From the IMG/VR virus record IMGVR_UViG_3300009117_000047, positions 83,877 through 135,850 of that record: a stretch of 51,974 bases of DNA. The stretch is one strand, 5' to 3'. Positions 10,594 through 21,335 of the stretch are shown piece by piece (the stretch's first letter is position 1; each line of letters opens with the position of its first letter). The DNA is from a virus. The position numbers and the translations under genes were made by a program. The notes under the pieces are model-generated. The model was not told the origin of the DNA, did not search any database, and was given only the letters and a program-made list of their open reading frames with translations.

Positions 10594-10827
10594 ATGGCAC
10601 AAGCACTAACATATAAAAGAACAACTACTGACAAACTTACAATCAAAGGCTTGCTATCGGACGATGCTACTATTGTAACTATCAAAGTTAAAGAAAATGA
10701 CAAAGAAGTAGACAAAGAAATTACTATTAAAGATTATTTCGATAACTTTGCAGGTGAAATGGTTGAAATTTCGATTGGAAATAAGACAGAAGAAAATTTA
10801 GTAGACTCCCCTACTTCTGAGGAATAA
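10594..10827 (+). CDS. Small acidic phage protein (position and size resemble SPbeta YonK)
   Basis: RBS GGAGG; 77 aa; just upstream of the phosphoesterase. Confidence 0.65.
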   Translation: MAQALTYKRTTTDKLTIKGLLSDDATIVTIKVKENDKEVDKEITIKDYFDNFAGEMVEISIGNKTEENLVDSPTSEE

Positions 10828-10851
10828 TAATTTTGAGAGGAATGTTGATGT

Positions 10852-11820
10852 ATTAATATTACATATCAAGACGTAAAAACATTAGTTGAAAATAAATTAG
10901 TAAATAAAACAGATAAAACTCCTTATGAAGATTTAAGCGAATTACTATTTGGCGAAGGAAATTGTTTTAATGAGAGTGAAGTCAGAAAAAGAATGTATGG
11001 TATGAAAAGACTTGTTGAAATTATTGAGGAAGATAAGCATTCGTCAGATATTACAACTAGAATCTTAAGTATTAGCGACACACACTATCCTTTTGTAAAA
11101 GACATTTCGGTGTTTAAGGATTATATTGGAAAAGTTGACATACTACAATTAAACGGAGACTTATTAGATTGTACTTCAATTTCAAAATTCCCTAAATTTT
11201 ATAGAACATCTCCAGTCGAAGAAATAATTGGTGCTAGAAAATATCTTATTGATTTAATTAATTATATAAGACCAAAGAAAGTAGTCGCAAATTATGGGAA
11301 TCATGAACTTAGGCTAGGGGCGTTTTTAGCTAAACAACTAGATAATGAATTGCAAGAATTAATACCAATGACGGCACTTGATTATATTTTCGTAGATGGA
11401 TTTACTCATTATGATAGAAAAACTGGAACAAAAACAAAATATGAACCTTTAGAAAGTGTTTTTGAAGACGTGGAAATTGATTATACTGGAACATGGTTTA
11501 GTATTATAAATGACGCTATATTTTGTCATCCTAAAACATTTGTTTCCTCGCCACTTAAAACTGCCGAAAAAGCATTATATTGGTTTAGGAACGAAGGTTA
11601 TTCATTTAAGCATTTAATAATGTCCCATACCCATAGAATAGGACAATATAAAATTGGTAATTCCACAATGTATGAACAAGGAGCTTGTTGCGAAACAGAA
11701 AAAATGGAATACAGCGATGGGTTATTGATAAATTCACAAAAACAAGGGTTTATTTATTTATGTCAAGATAAAGATGGCAACACTATTGAAAAAGAAACGA
11801 AATTAGTTTCTTTAAACTAA
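10852..11820 (+). CDS. Calcineurin-like metallophosphoesterase
   Basis: SDTH, GDLLD, GNHE, H, SHTH motifs. Frame stays open 47 codons upstream of track start 10993 to ATT 10852 behind GAGAGG. Confidence 0.85.
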   Translation: MNITYQDVKTLVENKLVNKTDKTPYEDLSELLFGEGNCFNESEVRKRMYGMKRLVEIIEEDKHSSDITTRILSISDTHYPFVKDISVFKDYIGKVDILQLNGDLLDCTSISKFPKFYRTSPVEEIIGARKYLIDLINYIRPKKVVANYGNHELRLGAFLAKQLDNELQELIPMTALDYIFVDGFTHYDRKTGTKTKYEPLESVFEDVEIDYTGTWFSIINDAIFCHPKTFVSSPLKTAEKALYWFRNEGYSFKHLIMSHTHRIGQYKIGNSTMYEQGACCETEKMEYSDGLLINSQKQGFIYLCQDKDGNTIEKETKLVSLN

Positions 11821-11936
11821 ACTAAATTATCATATAGCAGTGACCAGAAATGGCATTGACTATTCCAAGAGTAGGCTAATCCCCTACTCTTTTTGTATTA
11901 CAAAATAAATTAAAATTTAAAGGAGAAATAAATAAT

Positions 11937-12215
11937 ATGAATAAAGAAATGTTGGTCAACGCAGTTAGTGAGAAGGCAGAAATGACGAAAAAAGACACAG
12001 AAAAATTGTTGAAAGCTTTTGAAGATGTAGTAACAGAAACATTAGCTAGTGGGGACAAAATTCAAATGGTTGGTTTTGGTACATTTGATGTAACAGAAAG
12101 AGCAGAGCGTAATGGTAGAAACCCTCAGTCTGGGCAACCAATGTTGATTAAAGCTTCTAAATCTCCTAGATTTAAAGCAGGAAAATCCTTAAAAGATGCT
12201 GTTAAAGGAGTGTAA
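11937..12215 (+). CDS. hup: HU family DNA-binding protein
   Basis: MNKEMLV...GFGTF...R.GRNPQSG...P.FKAGKSLKDAV. Confidence 0.95.
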   Translation: MNKEMLVNAVSEKAEMTKKDTEKLLKAFEDVVTETLASGDKIQMVGFGTFDVTERAERNGRNPQSGQPMLIKASKSPRFKAGKSLKDAVKGV

Positions 12216-12218
12216 TTT

Positions 12219-12791
12219 ATGAACAAATACAAAAACATGGAAATCAAGGATATTTGTTGTGAGGATTGTCTTTTTGATGAATTATTAGAAAAGGCAGAAA
12301 GTTTAGGCAAAAATGAAGGTTTAACTTTTATTGCAAAACGTGATTTAGTGGCATTTGTGATTGAAAGTTTTATCAAACAAGACGAATATTCTCTTGGCGT
12401 AATTAATTTTGAAGGTTGCGATTTTGATTATTTTGATGAATATGTAGTTAGCATTAACGATGATAAAACAATTTGGTGTGAACCAGCTATTAGACATGGA
12501 GAAGTGTTTACATACACTTGTGATTATGGTGATACAGCGTATGTTTATCAGGGTGATGTAAGGCAAGAAATTATTGATAGATTACTGGACGATAAAGCAA
12601 ATGTTGTATTATTCGGCTTTGAGGATGAAGAGTTTGAATTAGAAGATTCTGATGATAATATTGATGAAAATTCTCATGGCTTTACTATTTCTAGTTATAG
12701 TGAAGACGGTTGTTACAGTTCATATTCTTTCTATGCAACAGATAAAGACATTGTTCAGGAAGAATTGGCAAAATTGAAAAGAAATTTATAA
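12219..12791 (+). CDS. Hypothetical acidic protein
   Basis: 190-aa ORF; RBS AAGGAG at the end of HU. Confidence 0.7.
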   Translation: MNKYKNMEIKDICCEDCLFDELLEKAESLGKNEGLTFIAKRDLVAFVIESFIKQDEYSLGVINFEGCDFDYFDEYVVSINDDKTIWCEPAIRHGEVFTYTCDYGDTAYVYQGDVRQEIIDRLLDDKANVVLFGFEDEEFELEDSDDNIDENSHGFTISSYSEDGCYSSYSFYATDKDIVQEELAKLKRNL

Positions 12792-12863
12792 TCAAATATC
12801 AGTTTTATTTGGAGGGTCGGAAACGGCTCTCCTATTTTATTAAAAAGTAAGGAGGCGGTATGT

Positions 12864-13940
12864 TTGCCAATTAAACCTAAAACAGTAAAGGAAGTAGTTG
12901 AAAAAAAAGAATATACTTGTCTCTGCTGTGGTAATAAAAAAAAAGAAGATGAGTTTTTTATAAGCAAATGGAGTAAAGTTTGGAACGAAACAGACAAACA
13001 TGTTTTGTTCTGTAAAGATTGCTTAAACAAATTGTTTGTGGAGTTTACAAATAGATTTAACTCTGAAAAAACTGCGTTGATAATCTGTTGTGCATATCTT
13101 GATGTACCATTTTATGCCACTTTGTATCAGAGTATTATTGAAAAAAATTCATTTTTTAATATTGGAATGTATTTAAGGCAAACGTCATTAAGACAATATC
13201 AGTACAAATCATTCTTAAACAGTATTGTTGAGGGCGAATTAGAGAAAACACAAAATGAAGTAAAGGAAGAAATTGAATCAAAATGGACAAAAAAAGATAA
13301 ACAAAATATGAATTATGTTTTGTCTGTATTTGGTTATGATCCTTTTGAATATAGTGGACTGACAAATGCTGATAGAAAATATTGTTTTAACGTGCTGACT
13401 GGCTATTGTGACACAGAGGGGGTTAGAGATGATGGTCACAAAATGTTGTCGTGTATTCAAATTACTAACTTGCAATTACAGTGCAAAAAATTTGATGAAT
13501 TGATTAATGAAGAATTACTACAACAAATTCCTAATGACTCAAAAATAAAAAGTTATACGAGTTCAAAAAAGCAATTGCTTGATAGTATTGCCACATTATG
13601 TAAAGATAACAACATATCTTCTGCTTACAATAGCACATCAAAAGCAGGGAAAAACACTCTGACTCAAAAAATGAAAGAAATGTTCGACGCTGGAATTGAT
13701 TCAGTTAAAGTCAATTTATTTGATATAGAAACTTGTGAATGTATGAAACAAATTGCTGACTGTAGCAATAGAAGTATTATGGAACAACTGACTTTTGATT
13801 CTAATGAATATTCATCAATGCTAAAAGAACAAAGAGAGATGATACAACAATTCCAATCTGATAATTCAAAGCTAGAAGAAGAAAATAGATTGCTTAAAAA
13901 TCAGATAATTGACTTGTCTAAAACAGTAAAGAGTAGGTGA
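12864..13940 (+). CDS. Packaging-associated protein, candidate terminase small subunit (Zn finger + coiled coil)
   Basis: CLCCG...CKDC N-terminus; directly upstream of the large terminase; RBS AAGGAGG. Confidence 0.55.
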   Translation: MPIKPKTVKEVVEKKEYTCLCCGNKKKEDEFFISKWSKVWNETDKHVLFCKDCLNKLFVEFTNRFNSEKTALIICCAYLDVPFYATLYQSIIEKNSFFNIGMYLRQTSLRQYQYKSFLNSIVEGELEKTQNEVKEEIESKWTKKDKQNMNYVLSVFGYDPFEYSGLTNADRKYCFNVLTGYCDTEGVRDDGHKMLSCIQITNLQLQCKKFDELINEELLQQIPNDSKIKSYTSSKKQLLDSIATLCKDNNISSAYNSTSKAGKNTLTQKMKEMFDAGIDSVKVNLFDIETCECMKQIADCSNRSIMEQLTFDSNEYSSMLKEQREMIQQFQSDNSKLEEENRLLKNQIIDLSKTVKSR

Positions 13941-13944
13941 TTAG

Positions 13945-15768
13945 ATGGAAATATATATACCTACAACAGCTAAAGAATTAAGTCAAAGAAAGATTGAAGA
14001 ATACGCAAAATTTGAAAAAATAATTCAATTAGGAAGACAAAATCCTGTTTGGTTTGCCGAAGAATTTTATGGAATTAAAATGATGGATTACCAAAAATGG
14101 GTGTTTATGGAGAGCTGGTATAAACCATTCGCTTTATGGTTATGTTCAAGAGGAGCAGGAAAAACTGTTGAAGCCGCCGTATTCTTACAAACTAAGATGG
14201 TTCTCATTCCTAATTATAAAGTTTATATAAGTACAAACTCATCAGCTCAATCAATTGAAGTTTTTAAAAAGATAGAAGATTTAGCCTTACAAAGAATACC
14301 TTCTTTTAAAACTTGTACCGATATATTCTTACAAGAAATAGATAAAGGTGGTAATTCTGATACTGGATTTATTCACGACCCATCTGGACATCATTTTAGA
14401 TTATATAATAATTCTGAATTAGTTACACTTTCTACGAATTTAAATGCTTTAAGAGGTAAAAGAGGTAGTGTTTTATATGATGAGACGGCTTGGCAAACTA
14501 GAGAACAAATGAGTGTAACTGAAAACTTTATCAATGTTGATTCTAACTTTGGGTTGGGTGTTGGTGATAACGGAAAAATAGACCCTAAAAATATACCATT
14601 GCAGTTATTATATTGTTCTTCTGCTGGTGATGTTACATATCCTTTTTATGAAAAATATAAAAGTTTTGCTATGAAAATGTTCATGGGAGATAAAAATTAT
14701 TTTTGCTGTGATTTAAATGCATATACGATATTAAATCAGTCATCTGTTGATGGCGTGAAAATAAAATCTCATTTAACAGAGGAACAAATTCAAAAATCCA
14801 TAGAAGAAGACCCAGATTTAGCGGACAGAGAATTGTTTAATAAATTTAGAAAAGGTGGAGGTCAAAATTCTGTTGTGTCAATGGATTGTTTGATTGAGAA
14901 CTCAAAGACAAGAGTACCCCTTCTTTTTAACGACACTGGAAAGAAAAAGTTTATATTTTGTTATGACCCTGCTAGAAACTTTGATGGAAGTGTTTTGACT
15001 ATATTCCAAGTTATTAATGACAAAGAAGTTGGCTATAAACTAAGATTAGAAAATTCTATATCTATGGTAGATGTAAATTCTAAAAATAAAACACCATTGC
15101 CAATGAACGAACAACTTAACATCATAAAAAAAACTATGATTGCTTACAATGGTGACCGTGCTGCGGAATGGGAGAACATAGAGTTTTATATTGATGCTGG
15201 CTCTGGTGGAGGCGGTATATCAGCAGTGGCAGATCAACTAATGGAAGATTGGTATGATGAGTTTGGCACAAAACATAGAGGGATAATTGACCCTATTCAT
15301 AAACAGTACGAAACAGCAAGGAAAAAATATAAAAATGCAATGCCAATAGTACATCTTATTGACCCGCAAGGGTATAAAAAAATAATGTATGACGCTCTGG
15401 GGAAAATGACAAAATTAAACTTAATAGAATTCACAGAATATGATGGAAGAGATTATATCATGATAGATAATGGGAAAGGCGAGTTTGAAACTTATACTCT
15501 TTCATTTGAAGAAAAATTAGCCTTGGTAGAAATAAATGCACTAAAAACAGAGGTTTCATATATGTGCAGATACGACACCCCCAACGGTGGCGTTCAATAC
15601 GAATTAGCTAAGGATAAAAAAAATATGCATGATGATAGAGCTTACACTACTGCTACGGGCGCATATGCTTTGGCTATTTTACGAAGAGAAGATTTGTTGA
15701 AAGCACCAAAACAAACCTCATCTAACACAGCATTGTATTTTAGGCAACCAAAAATTTATTTAGATTAA
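13945..15768 (+). CDS. terL: Terminase large subunit
   Basis: SRGAGKT Walker A, LRG.R, VLYDE Walker B, YCSSA coupling motif, RNase H-like YDPA and HDDRAY. Confidence 0.9.
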   Translation: MEIYIPTTAKELSQRKIEEYAKFEKIIQLGRQNPVWFAEEFYGIKMMDYQKWVFMESWYKPFALWLCSRGAGKTVEAAVFLQTKMVLIPNYKVYISTNSSAQSIEVFKKIEDLALQRIPSFKTCTDIFLQEIDKGGNSDTGFIHDPSGHHFRLYNNSELVTLSTNLNALRGKRGSVLYDETAWQTREQMSVTENFINVDSNFGLGVGDNGKIDPKNIPLQLLYCSSAGDVTYPFYEKYKSFAMKMFMGDKNYFCCDLNAYTILNQSSVDGVKIKSHLTEEQIQKSIEEDPDLADRELFNKFRKGGGQNSVVSMDCLIENSKTRVPLLFNDTGKKKFIFCYDPARNFDGSVLTIFQVINDKEVGYKLRLENSISMVDVNSKNKTPLPMNEQLNIIKKTMIAYNGDRAAEWENIEFYIDAGSGGGGISAVADQLMEDWYDEFGTKHRGIIDPIHKQYETARKKYKNAMPIVHLIDPQGYKKIMYDALGKMTKLNLIEFTEYDGRDYIMIDNGKGEFETYTLSFEEKLALVEINALKTEVSYMCRYDTPNGGVQYELAKDKKNMHDDRAYTTATGAYALAILRREDLLKAPKQTSSNTALYFRQPKIYLD

Positions 15769-15780
15769 GGAGGTGAAAAA

Positions 15781-17268
15781 TTGAATTCATCTAAAGAAGT
15801 TATTCTTAATGAAAAACAGAAAGCTGATTTTACGTCTGCTTTACAATATATGAAAACGGCAAAATTGATATTAAAAGATTTGGAAACAAATAAGCAAGAT
15901 ACAACTTTTTTTAAAAAATATTCTAAAAATGATATTTTGAATTGGCTTTCATCTCCTGAAAAAAATGAAAAAAACCTCAGAAATGTTTCAATATATCTTT
16001 ATAATTCAAGTAGTCATTATCGCAGACTGATTAATTATTTTGCGAAAATGACTTTTTTTGCGTATGTCTTAATCCCATATAAGCTTGATTTAAGTAAAGT
16101 AGATATTGACAAGTTTAAAATCAAGTACAATAAAACAATTGACTTATTAGAAAACTTAAACCTAAAACATGAACTGTTGAAAGTTATGACTACTGTTTTT
16201 AGGGAGGATGTTTTTTATGGGTATGAATACGAAACAAAAGATTCTTACGTTATAAAAAAAATGCCACCAGATTATTGCGCTATAAGTAGTAATGAGGACG
16301 GTGTCTATAATTTTGCATTTGACTTTCAGTATTTCAATTCAAGAAAAGAAAAACTAGAGACTTGGGGAGAAGAATTTCAATTAAAGTATAACATGTATCA
16401 GAAAAATAATAAGAAAAGATGGCAAGAGTTGGACAGCAGTAAGACAATATGTATTAAGTTAAACGAAGATATTGACTACCCTATCGCTCCATTCGTTGGC
16501 CTTTTGCCTATGATTTATGATATTGAGGATTATAAAATGCTTACCAAGGCATCCGAAGAAATAGGAAATTATAAACTTCTTTCTTTAATGATTCCATTAA
16601 ATGATGATGGTAGTTATAAGTTTGAATATGACGAAGCTGTAAAATTTTATAATATGATGAATGGTGTATTGCCAGAGAATATCGGGTTGGCTTTATCCCC
16701 TCTTGAAATTGGAGAACATTCTTTTGAAAGAGGAAATAGCTCAAACAGTATTAATAGAGTATCCGAAGCAGAAACTAATTTTTGGTCTGCTGGTGGTGTT
16801 TCTGAGTTATTGTTTAATTCTCAAAAATCTTCAAGTGCTACAATAAATTCATCAATTAAATCAGACGAAGAAATTGTCTTTGCCGTAATGAGACAAATTG
16901 AAAGATGGGTAAACAGAAAACTCAAAAGAGAAAGTGGCACATATAAATTTAAAATTGAATTTTTGGATGTAACGTTATATAGCAGAAAAGAATATCTTGA
17001 AAATTTACTAAAAAATGGACAATATGGCTTGCCTGTCGTAAATGCAATATTCTCTTGTCTTGGGTATAGCCCCCATGATGCTGATGCTATGGCTTTTCTC
17101 GAAAATGAGGTTTTAAAATATCACTACAAACTTATTCCGTTGCAAAGTTCTCATACTCAAGGAGGCAATTCCACCGATGAAGGCGGTGCTCCAAAATCTG
17201 ATGACGATGATTTATCAGAGGCAGGAGTTCAAACAAGAGAAAATGACAATAGAAATATTGAAAATTAA
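15781..17268 (+). CDS. Portal protein
   Basis: Follows terL; 495 aa; REDVFYGY motif and C-terminal PLQSSHTQ..GGAP tail typical of SPbeta-like portals. Confidence 0.8.
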   Translation: MNSSKEVILNEKQKADFTSALQYMKTAKLILKDLETNKQDTTFFKKYSKNDILNWLSSPEKNEKNLRNVSIYLYNSSSHYRRLINYFAKMTFFAYVLIPYKLDLSKVDIDKFKIKYNKTIDLLENLNLKHELLKVMTTVFREDVFYGYEYETKDSYVIKKMPPDYCAISSNEDGVYNFAFDFQYFNSRKEKLETWGEEFQLKYNMYQKNNKKRWQELDSSKTICIKLNEDIDYPIAPFVGLLPMIYDIEDYKMLTKASEEIGNYKLLSLMIPLNDDGSYKFEYDEAVKFYNMMNGVLPENIGLALSPLEIGEHSFERGNSSNSINRVSEAETNFWSAGGVSELLFNSQKSSSATINSSIKSDEEIVFAVMRQIERWVNRKLKRESGTYKFKIEFLDVTLYSRKEYLENLLKNGQYGLPVVNAIFSCLGYSPHDADAMAFLENEVLKYHYKLIPLQSSHTQGGNSTDEGGAPKSDDDDLSEAGVQTRENDNRNIEN

Positions 17269-17279
17269 GGTGGTTATTT

Positions 17280-17465
17280 ATGACAACAAAAAAATTCATA
17301 TTTTGTGAAAATGAAGATTTAGCAAAGAAACTATCTACCAATTATAAATTATTAAGCCAACACGGAAAGATTTATATTTTTGAAAATAACCCAATTAGTT
17401 TGGAATTTAGTTTATCAGAAATTGATAAAACTAAAATTCAATATAGTAATAAATTATTAATTTAA
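17280..17465 (+). CDS. Small hypothetical protein
   Basis: RBS AAGGTGG; 61 aa between portal and protease. Confidence 0.65.
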   Translation: MTTKKFIFCENEDLAKKLSTNYKLLSQHGKIYIFENNPISLEFSLSEIDKTKIQYSNKLLI

Positions 17466-17508
17466 ACTTAATTTTATTTAAGTTTATTTTTTAAGGAAGG
17501 AGGTATAA

Positions 17509-19032
17509 ATGGAAGTTGTAAATAATTTATTTGTCGCAACAACATATGAAATAGATACTACGTTTGATTCTGAAAAATTCATTAAACTTAGAGTTAGAGT
17601 TTGTCATGATGGAGTAAATCCAAATAATAGTAATTTTAATTTAGAGAATATAGAAAAAGCTAAAAATTCTATTTTAAATATTCCCATATTGGCATTTTTA
17701 TATTTTGACGAAGAAGGAAACCCTCAATTTGGAAGTCATGAAATGCATTTGGAAGTTGATAAAACAAACAAAGATGAAATTAAATTAATTTATGATGAAA
17801 TTCCAGTAGGCTTAGTTCCAGAAAGTTGCAATTATGAAATAAAAGAATTTAATGGTAGGAATTATGTTTATGTCGATGCTTATGTTTGGAAAAACTATAG
17901 CAACTATGTTGAAGATGTGATTGCTAGAGATAAAGAGTTAAACGTCTCAATGGAGATAGACGTAAACGAGTATAAATATAACAAAGAAATAAATAGTTTC
18001 GACATTGTAGATTATAAATATACTGCTATCACGCTACTTGGCAATGACGTAGGAACTGGGATGATTGACGCAAAAGCTAAAACTTATAATTTTAGCAATG
18101 AAGAAAAAAATGACAAATTTAATGAATTAAAACAAGAATTGGAAAAAGAAATTATTTTTAGCAACAAATTTTCAGAAAAAGGAGGTAAAAAAGATTTGGA
18201 CGAAAAATTAGAACTATTGAAAAAATTTAATTTAGATGTAAATTCTATTGATTTTTCTTTAGAAGATTTTTCTTTGGAAGATTTAAACGATAAATTGGAA
18301 AAAGAATTTAATGAAAGCAAACCACAAGAAACAGTTTTATTTTCTACAACAGTCAATCAAAAAAGAGAAATTTTAAGAAACTCGTTGGATGACAAAATTA
18401 TAAAAGATGAGAACGGCAATGTAATTGAAGAAGTGTGGTATTGGGTAGAAGATTTCGATGACAAATATGTTTATGTAGAGAATTATCATTGGAAAATCAA
18501 TGAAGGAAGTGATGTTAAATACGGAAGATTTATGTATTCCTTTGATGAATCAACAATGACCGCAACCATCACAAGTGATTTTGAAGAAATGGTTAAAGTT
18601 TGGCTGACTATTGAAGAAAAAAATAAGTTAGACCAAGATAGAAATAATTATGAAAAATTTTTAGTTGATTTTGAAGAATATAAAAATACACATACAAAGT
18701 TAGATACTGAATTTGAAGATCTGCGACAATTTAAAGAAAATGCATTAAATGAAAAATTTGAAAATGGCGTAAAAGGTATTTTTGATAACTTTTCAATTAG
18801 ATTAAAAGATAGCGATGAATTCGCTGAATTAAAAGAAAATTATAAAAACTTTTCTTTGGAGGAAATCGAAACGAAATGTTTCTGTATGGTTGGTAAGCTT
18901 TCTGTTGAGTTTAGTGCTAAAAGCAAAAAAGACAACAGTAATGGTGTAGTTAAGTTAGGTGTTGACCACAAAGAAGACGACGAATTAGATGATGGTTATG
19001 GTGGATTACTTTCAAAGAAATATAGTAAATAA
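17509..19032 (+). CDS. Prohead protease / scaffold fusion
   Basis: HDGVNPN.S, SMEI, ITLLG..V..GM protease-like N-domain and acidic coiled-coil C-terminus; upstream of capsid genes. Confidence 0.75.
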   Translation: MEVVNNLFVATTYEIDTTFDSEKFIKLRVRVCHDGVNPNNSNFNLENIEKAKNSILNIPILAFLYFDEEGNPQFGSHEMHLEVDKTNKDEIKLIYDEIPVGLVPESCNYEIKEFNGRNYVYVDAYVWKNYSNYVEDVIARDKELNVSMEIDVNEYKYNKEINSFDIVDYKYTAITLLGNDVGTGMIDAKAKTYNFSNEEKNDKFNELKQELEKEIIFSNKFSEKGGKKDLDEKLELLKKFNLDVNSIDFSLEDFSLEDLNDKLEKEFNESKPQETVLFSTTVNQKREILRNSLDDKIIKDENGNVIEEVWYWVEDFDDKYVYVENYHWKINEGSDVKYGRFMYSFDESTMTATITSDFEEMVKVWLTIEEKNKLDQDRNNYEKFLVDFEEYKNTHTKLDTEFEDLRQFKENALNEKFENGVKGIFDNFSIRLKDSDEFAELKENYKNFSLEEIETKCFCMVGKLSVEFSAKSKKDNSNGVVKLGVDHKEDDELDDGYGGLLSKKYSK

Positions 19033-19107
19033 GTGAAAGAAGTAGGATTAAACCTGCTTTATTTTTTTTGTAAAAAATTAAATTAGGATTATAAGGAGGA
19101 ATTAATT

Positions 19108-19590
19108 ATGGCATATTGTGTAGTTACTCGTGAAAAAATGCAGAGTGAATGGGTTGGTAAAGATAGAATTTCTTTTAGATACAGACCATCTGGTGTTGAA
19201 ACAGCAATCCAAAACGGTAACGTTGTTTTAATTGGAGATTTAATTACTGGAGAAAGAGAAATTTTTGATGGTACTACTCCCGCAGCAACAACAGCATTAA
19301 AGGATATCGTGCTCGTTACAACCCCAGAAGTAATGGCTGATGAAAGAAAAAAGAATTTGTCTGATTTTATTAATGAAGCTGGCGCAGATTGTACAGGTGA
19401 CAGACTCTATTCTGGCGACATTTTTTCAATTACAGCAGAAGGTTTTGATGGTACTCCTGCTGTTGACAAAATTGTAGAGCTTAAAGCGGGTACTAAATTT
19501 AATGCAGTAGACACGTTGACAGTTGGTAGCACTAAAGTTGGAAAAATTATTGATTTTGTAAATGGAAAATACGCAATCAAAGTTGACTAA
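19108..19590 (+). CDS. Capsid decoration/stabilising protein
   Basis: 160 aa, beta-rich, between scaffold and major capsid gene. Confidence 0.6.
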   Translation: MAYCVVTREKMQSEWVGKDRISFRYRPSGVETAIQNGNVVLIGDLITGEREIFDGTTPAATTALKDIVLVTTPEVMADERKKNLSDFINEAGADCTGDRLYSGDIFSITAEGFDGTPAVDKIVELKAGTKFNAVDTLTVGSTKVGKIIDFVNGKYAIKVD

Positions 19591-19622
19591 TATTAAAAAT
19601 TGATTTAAGGAGGTTATGAATA

Positions 19623-20621
19623 ATGGATAGAATGAACGTAGTAAAATTGGCATCTGACATGATTAAAAATAAGGTAGACTCTACCTTTTCTGATTGTAAA
19701 AAGAATTCTGATGCTTTAATTGATGCATTGATTGAAGCAAATGGTGGCAGTAAGGAAATTGATATTAAAAAATTTCATAGAGGTAATGAGTGTTTTGAAA
19801 TCATCGAGGAAATTATTCCTTTGATTGTTCATGAAGGATTATCTGGCAATGAGTTCTTCTTTAATCTTGTTGATTATAGAAATATTATGCTTGGTGACGA
19901 TATTGATTTCTGGACAGAAGATAAAACAGAACTTGTTGTAGCCGATGCTTCTTACGGTACAACTGGTATTAGAAGACAGAGACTTGGCGAAATGCAGAAG
20001 TATAACGTTGAAACAACTTTAAAGGTTGTTAAGGTATATGAAGAACTTAAAAGACTTTTGGCAAGAAGAACAGACTTTAATATGTTTATCCAAAAAGTTG
20101 CAGAAGCAATGTCTAATAAACTTAAAGATGATACTTATACAGCATTTAAAACTGTATCTGCAACAACAAGAGGGTTGAATTCTACATATGTAAAAACTGG
20201 TTCTTTTTCTGAATCTACATTGTTAGAGCTGATTGAACACGTTGAAGCTGCAACAGAAGCAACCCCTAATATTTACGGAACTAAGTCTGCTCTGAGAAAA
20301 GTAACAACGGCAACTGTTTCTGACGAAGCAAAATCTGATTTATATAACTTTGGTTTCTACGGCAAATTTAATGGTACTAATATGGTTTATTTACCCCAGA
20401 GACACAAAACTGGTACAGATGAGTTTTTGTTGGATGATAGTAAAATTTATGTAATTGCGGGGGATGATAAGCCAATCAAGGTTGTAAATGTAGGAACTGG
20501 TTTGCTTTCCGCTAACGATCCTTTGCAGTCTTCTGAATTTGTACAGAATTATTTGTATGGACAAGAATTTGGTGTTGGTCTTGCATTTAACGAAAAAATG
20601 GGATTCTATACATTGTCCTAA
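19623..20621 (+). CDS. Major capsid protein
   Basis: 332 aa; strong RBS AAGGAGG; head-module synteny; followed by a hairpin. Confidence 0.8.
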   Translation: MDRMNVVKLASDMIKNKVDSTFSDCKKNSDALIDALIEANGGSKEIDIKKFHRGNECFEIIEEIIPLIVHEGLSGNEFFFNLVDYRNIMLGDDIDFWTEDKTELVVADASYGTTGIRRQRLGEMQKYNVETTLKVVKVYEELKRLLARRTDFNMFIQKVAEAMSNKLKDDTYTAFKTVSATTRGLNSTYVKTGSFSESTLLELIEHVEAATEATPNIYGTKSALRKVTTATVSDEAKSDLYNFGFYGKFNGTNMVYLPQRHKTGTDEFLLDDSKIYVIAGDDKPIKVVNVGTGLLSANDPLQSSEFVQNYLYGQEFGVGLAFNEKMGFYTLS

Positions 20622-20693
20622 TTAATATTTATTTAGGGGTATGTATAATGCATATCCCTAAATATTTTATATGAAAGGTGGATTTATTAATAT

Positions 20694-21314
20694 ATGGCAA
20701 GAACAAAAAAAGAAGAAAATTTAAATGAAGTAAAAGTTTTCAATGAAGGTGAAAAAGAAACTAATACTGATACATCTGATCAACCAAAAACAGACGAAAC
20801 AGTAAAAACAAGTAAAAAAAAGAAATTAACATTAAATGATTCAGTATCTATTACTGTTTCAAATAATTTACCAAATTCTTTGATTTATATTAATCATAAG
20901 ACTGGTGATTTATATACTTGGGAAGTTGGGGATACACAAGATTTGTATGTTTCTGACATTAGAGCAATGAAGTCAAATCAGAGAAAATTTTTAGAAGATA
21001 ATTGGATTTCTATTGAGGGAATTGCAGATAAAAATGAAGATTATGAAGGTGTCGAGGTTGATGAAATTTTAGATGCTCTTCAGATTTCTCAGTATTATAA
21101 AAATAAGTTATATCCAAAAAATCTAAATGAAATTTTTAATTGGAAAAATGATGAAATTAAATTAAAAGTTCCAAAGATGCCAAAAAGTATTAAGCAGTCA
21201 ATTGTTATTAAAGCTAATGACTTAATTAAAAGTGGAATTATTGATTCTATTTCCAAGGTAAAAGCATTAGAAGAAGCTTTGGATTGTCAATTAGCATCAC
21301 CAGACGAAGAGTAA
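20694..21314 (+). CDS. Hypothetical head-module protein
   Basis: 206-aa ORF with RBS after the capsid gene. Confidence 0.7.
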   Translation: MARTKKEENLNEVKVFNEGEKETNTDTSDQPKTDETVKTSKKKKLTLNDSVSITVSNNLPNSLIYINHKTGDLYTWEVGDTQDLYVSDIRAMKSNQRKFLEDNWISIEGIADKNEDYEGVEVDEILDALQISQYYKNKLYPKNLNEIFNWKNDEIKLKVPKMPKSIKQSIVIKANDLIKSGIIDSISKVKALEEALDCQLASPDEE

Positions 21315-21335
21315 TTGAAAGGAGTTGATTTTTAT

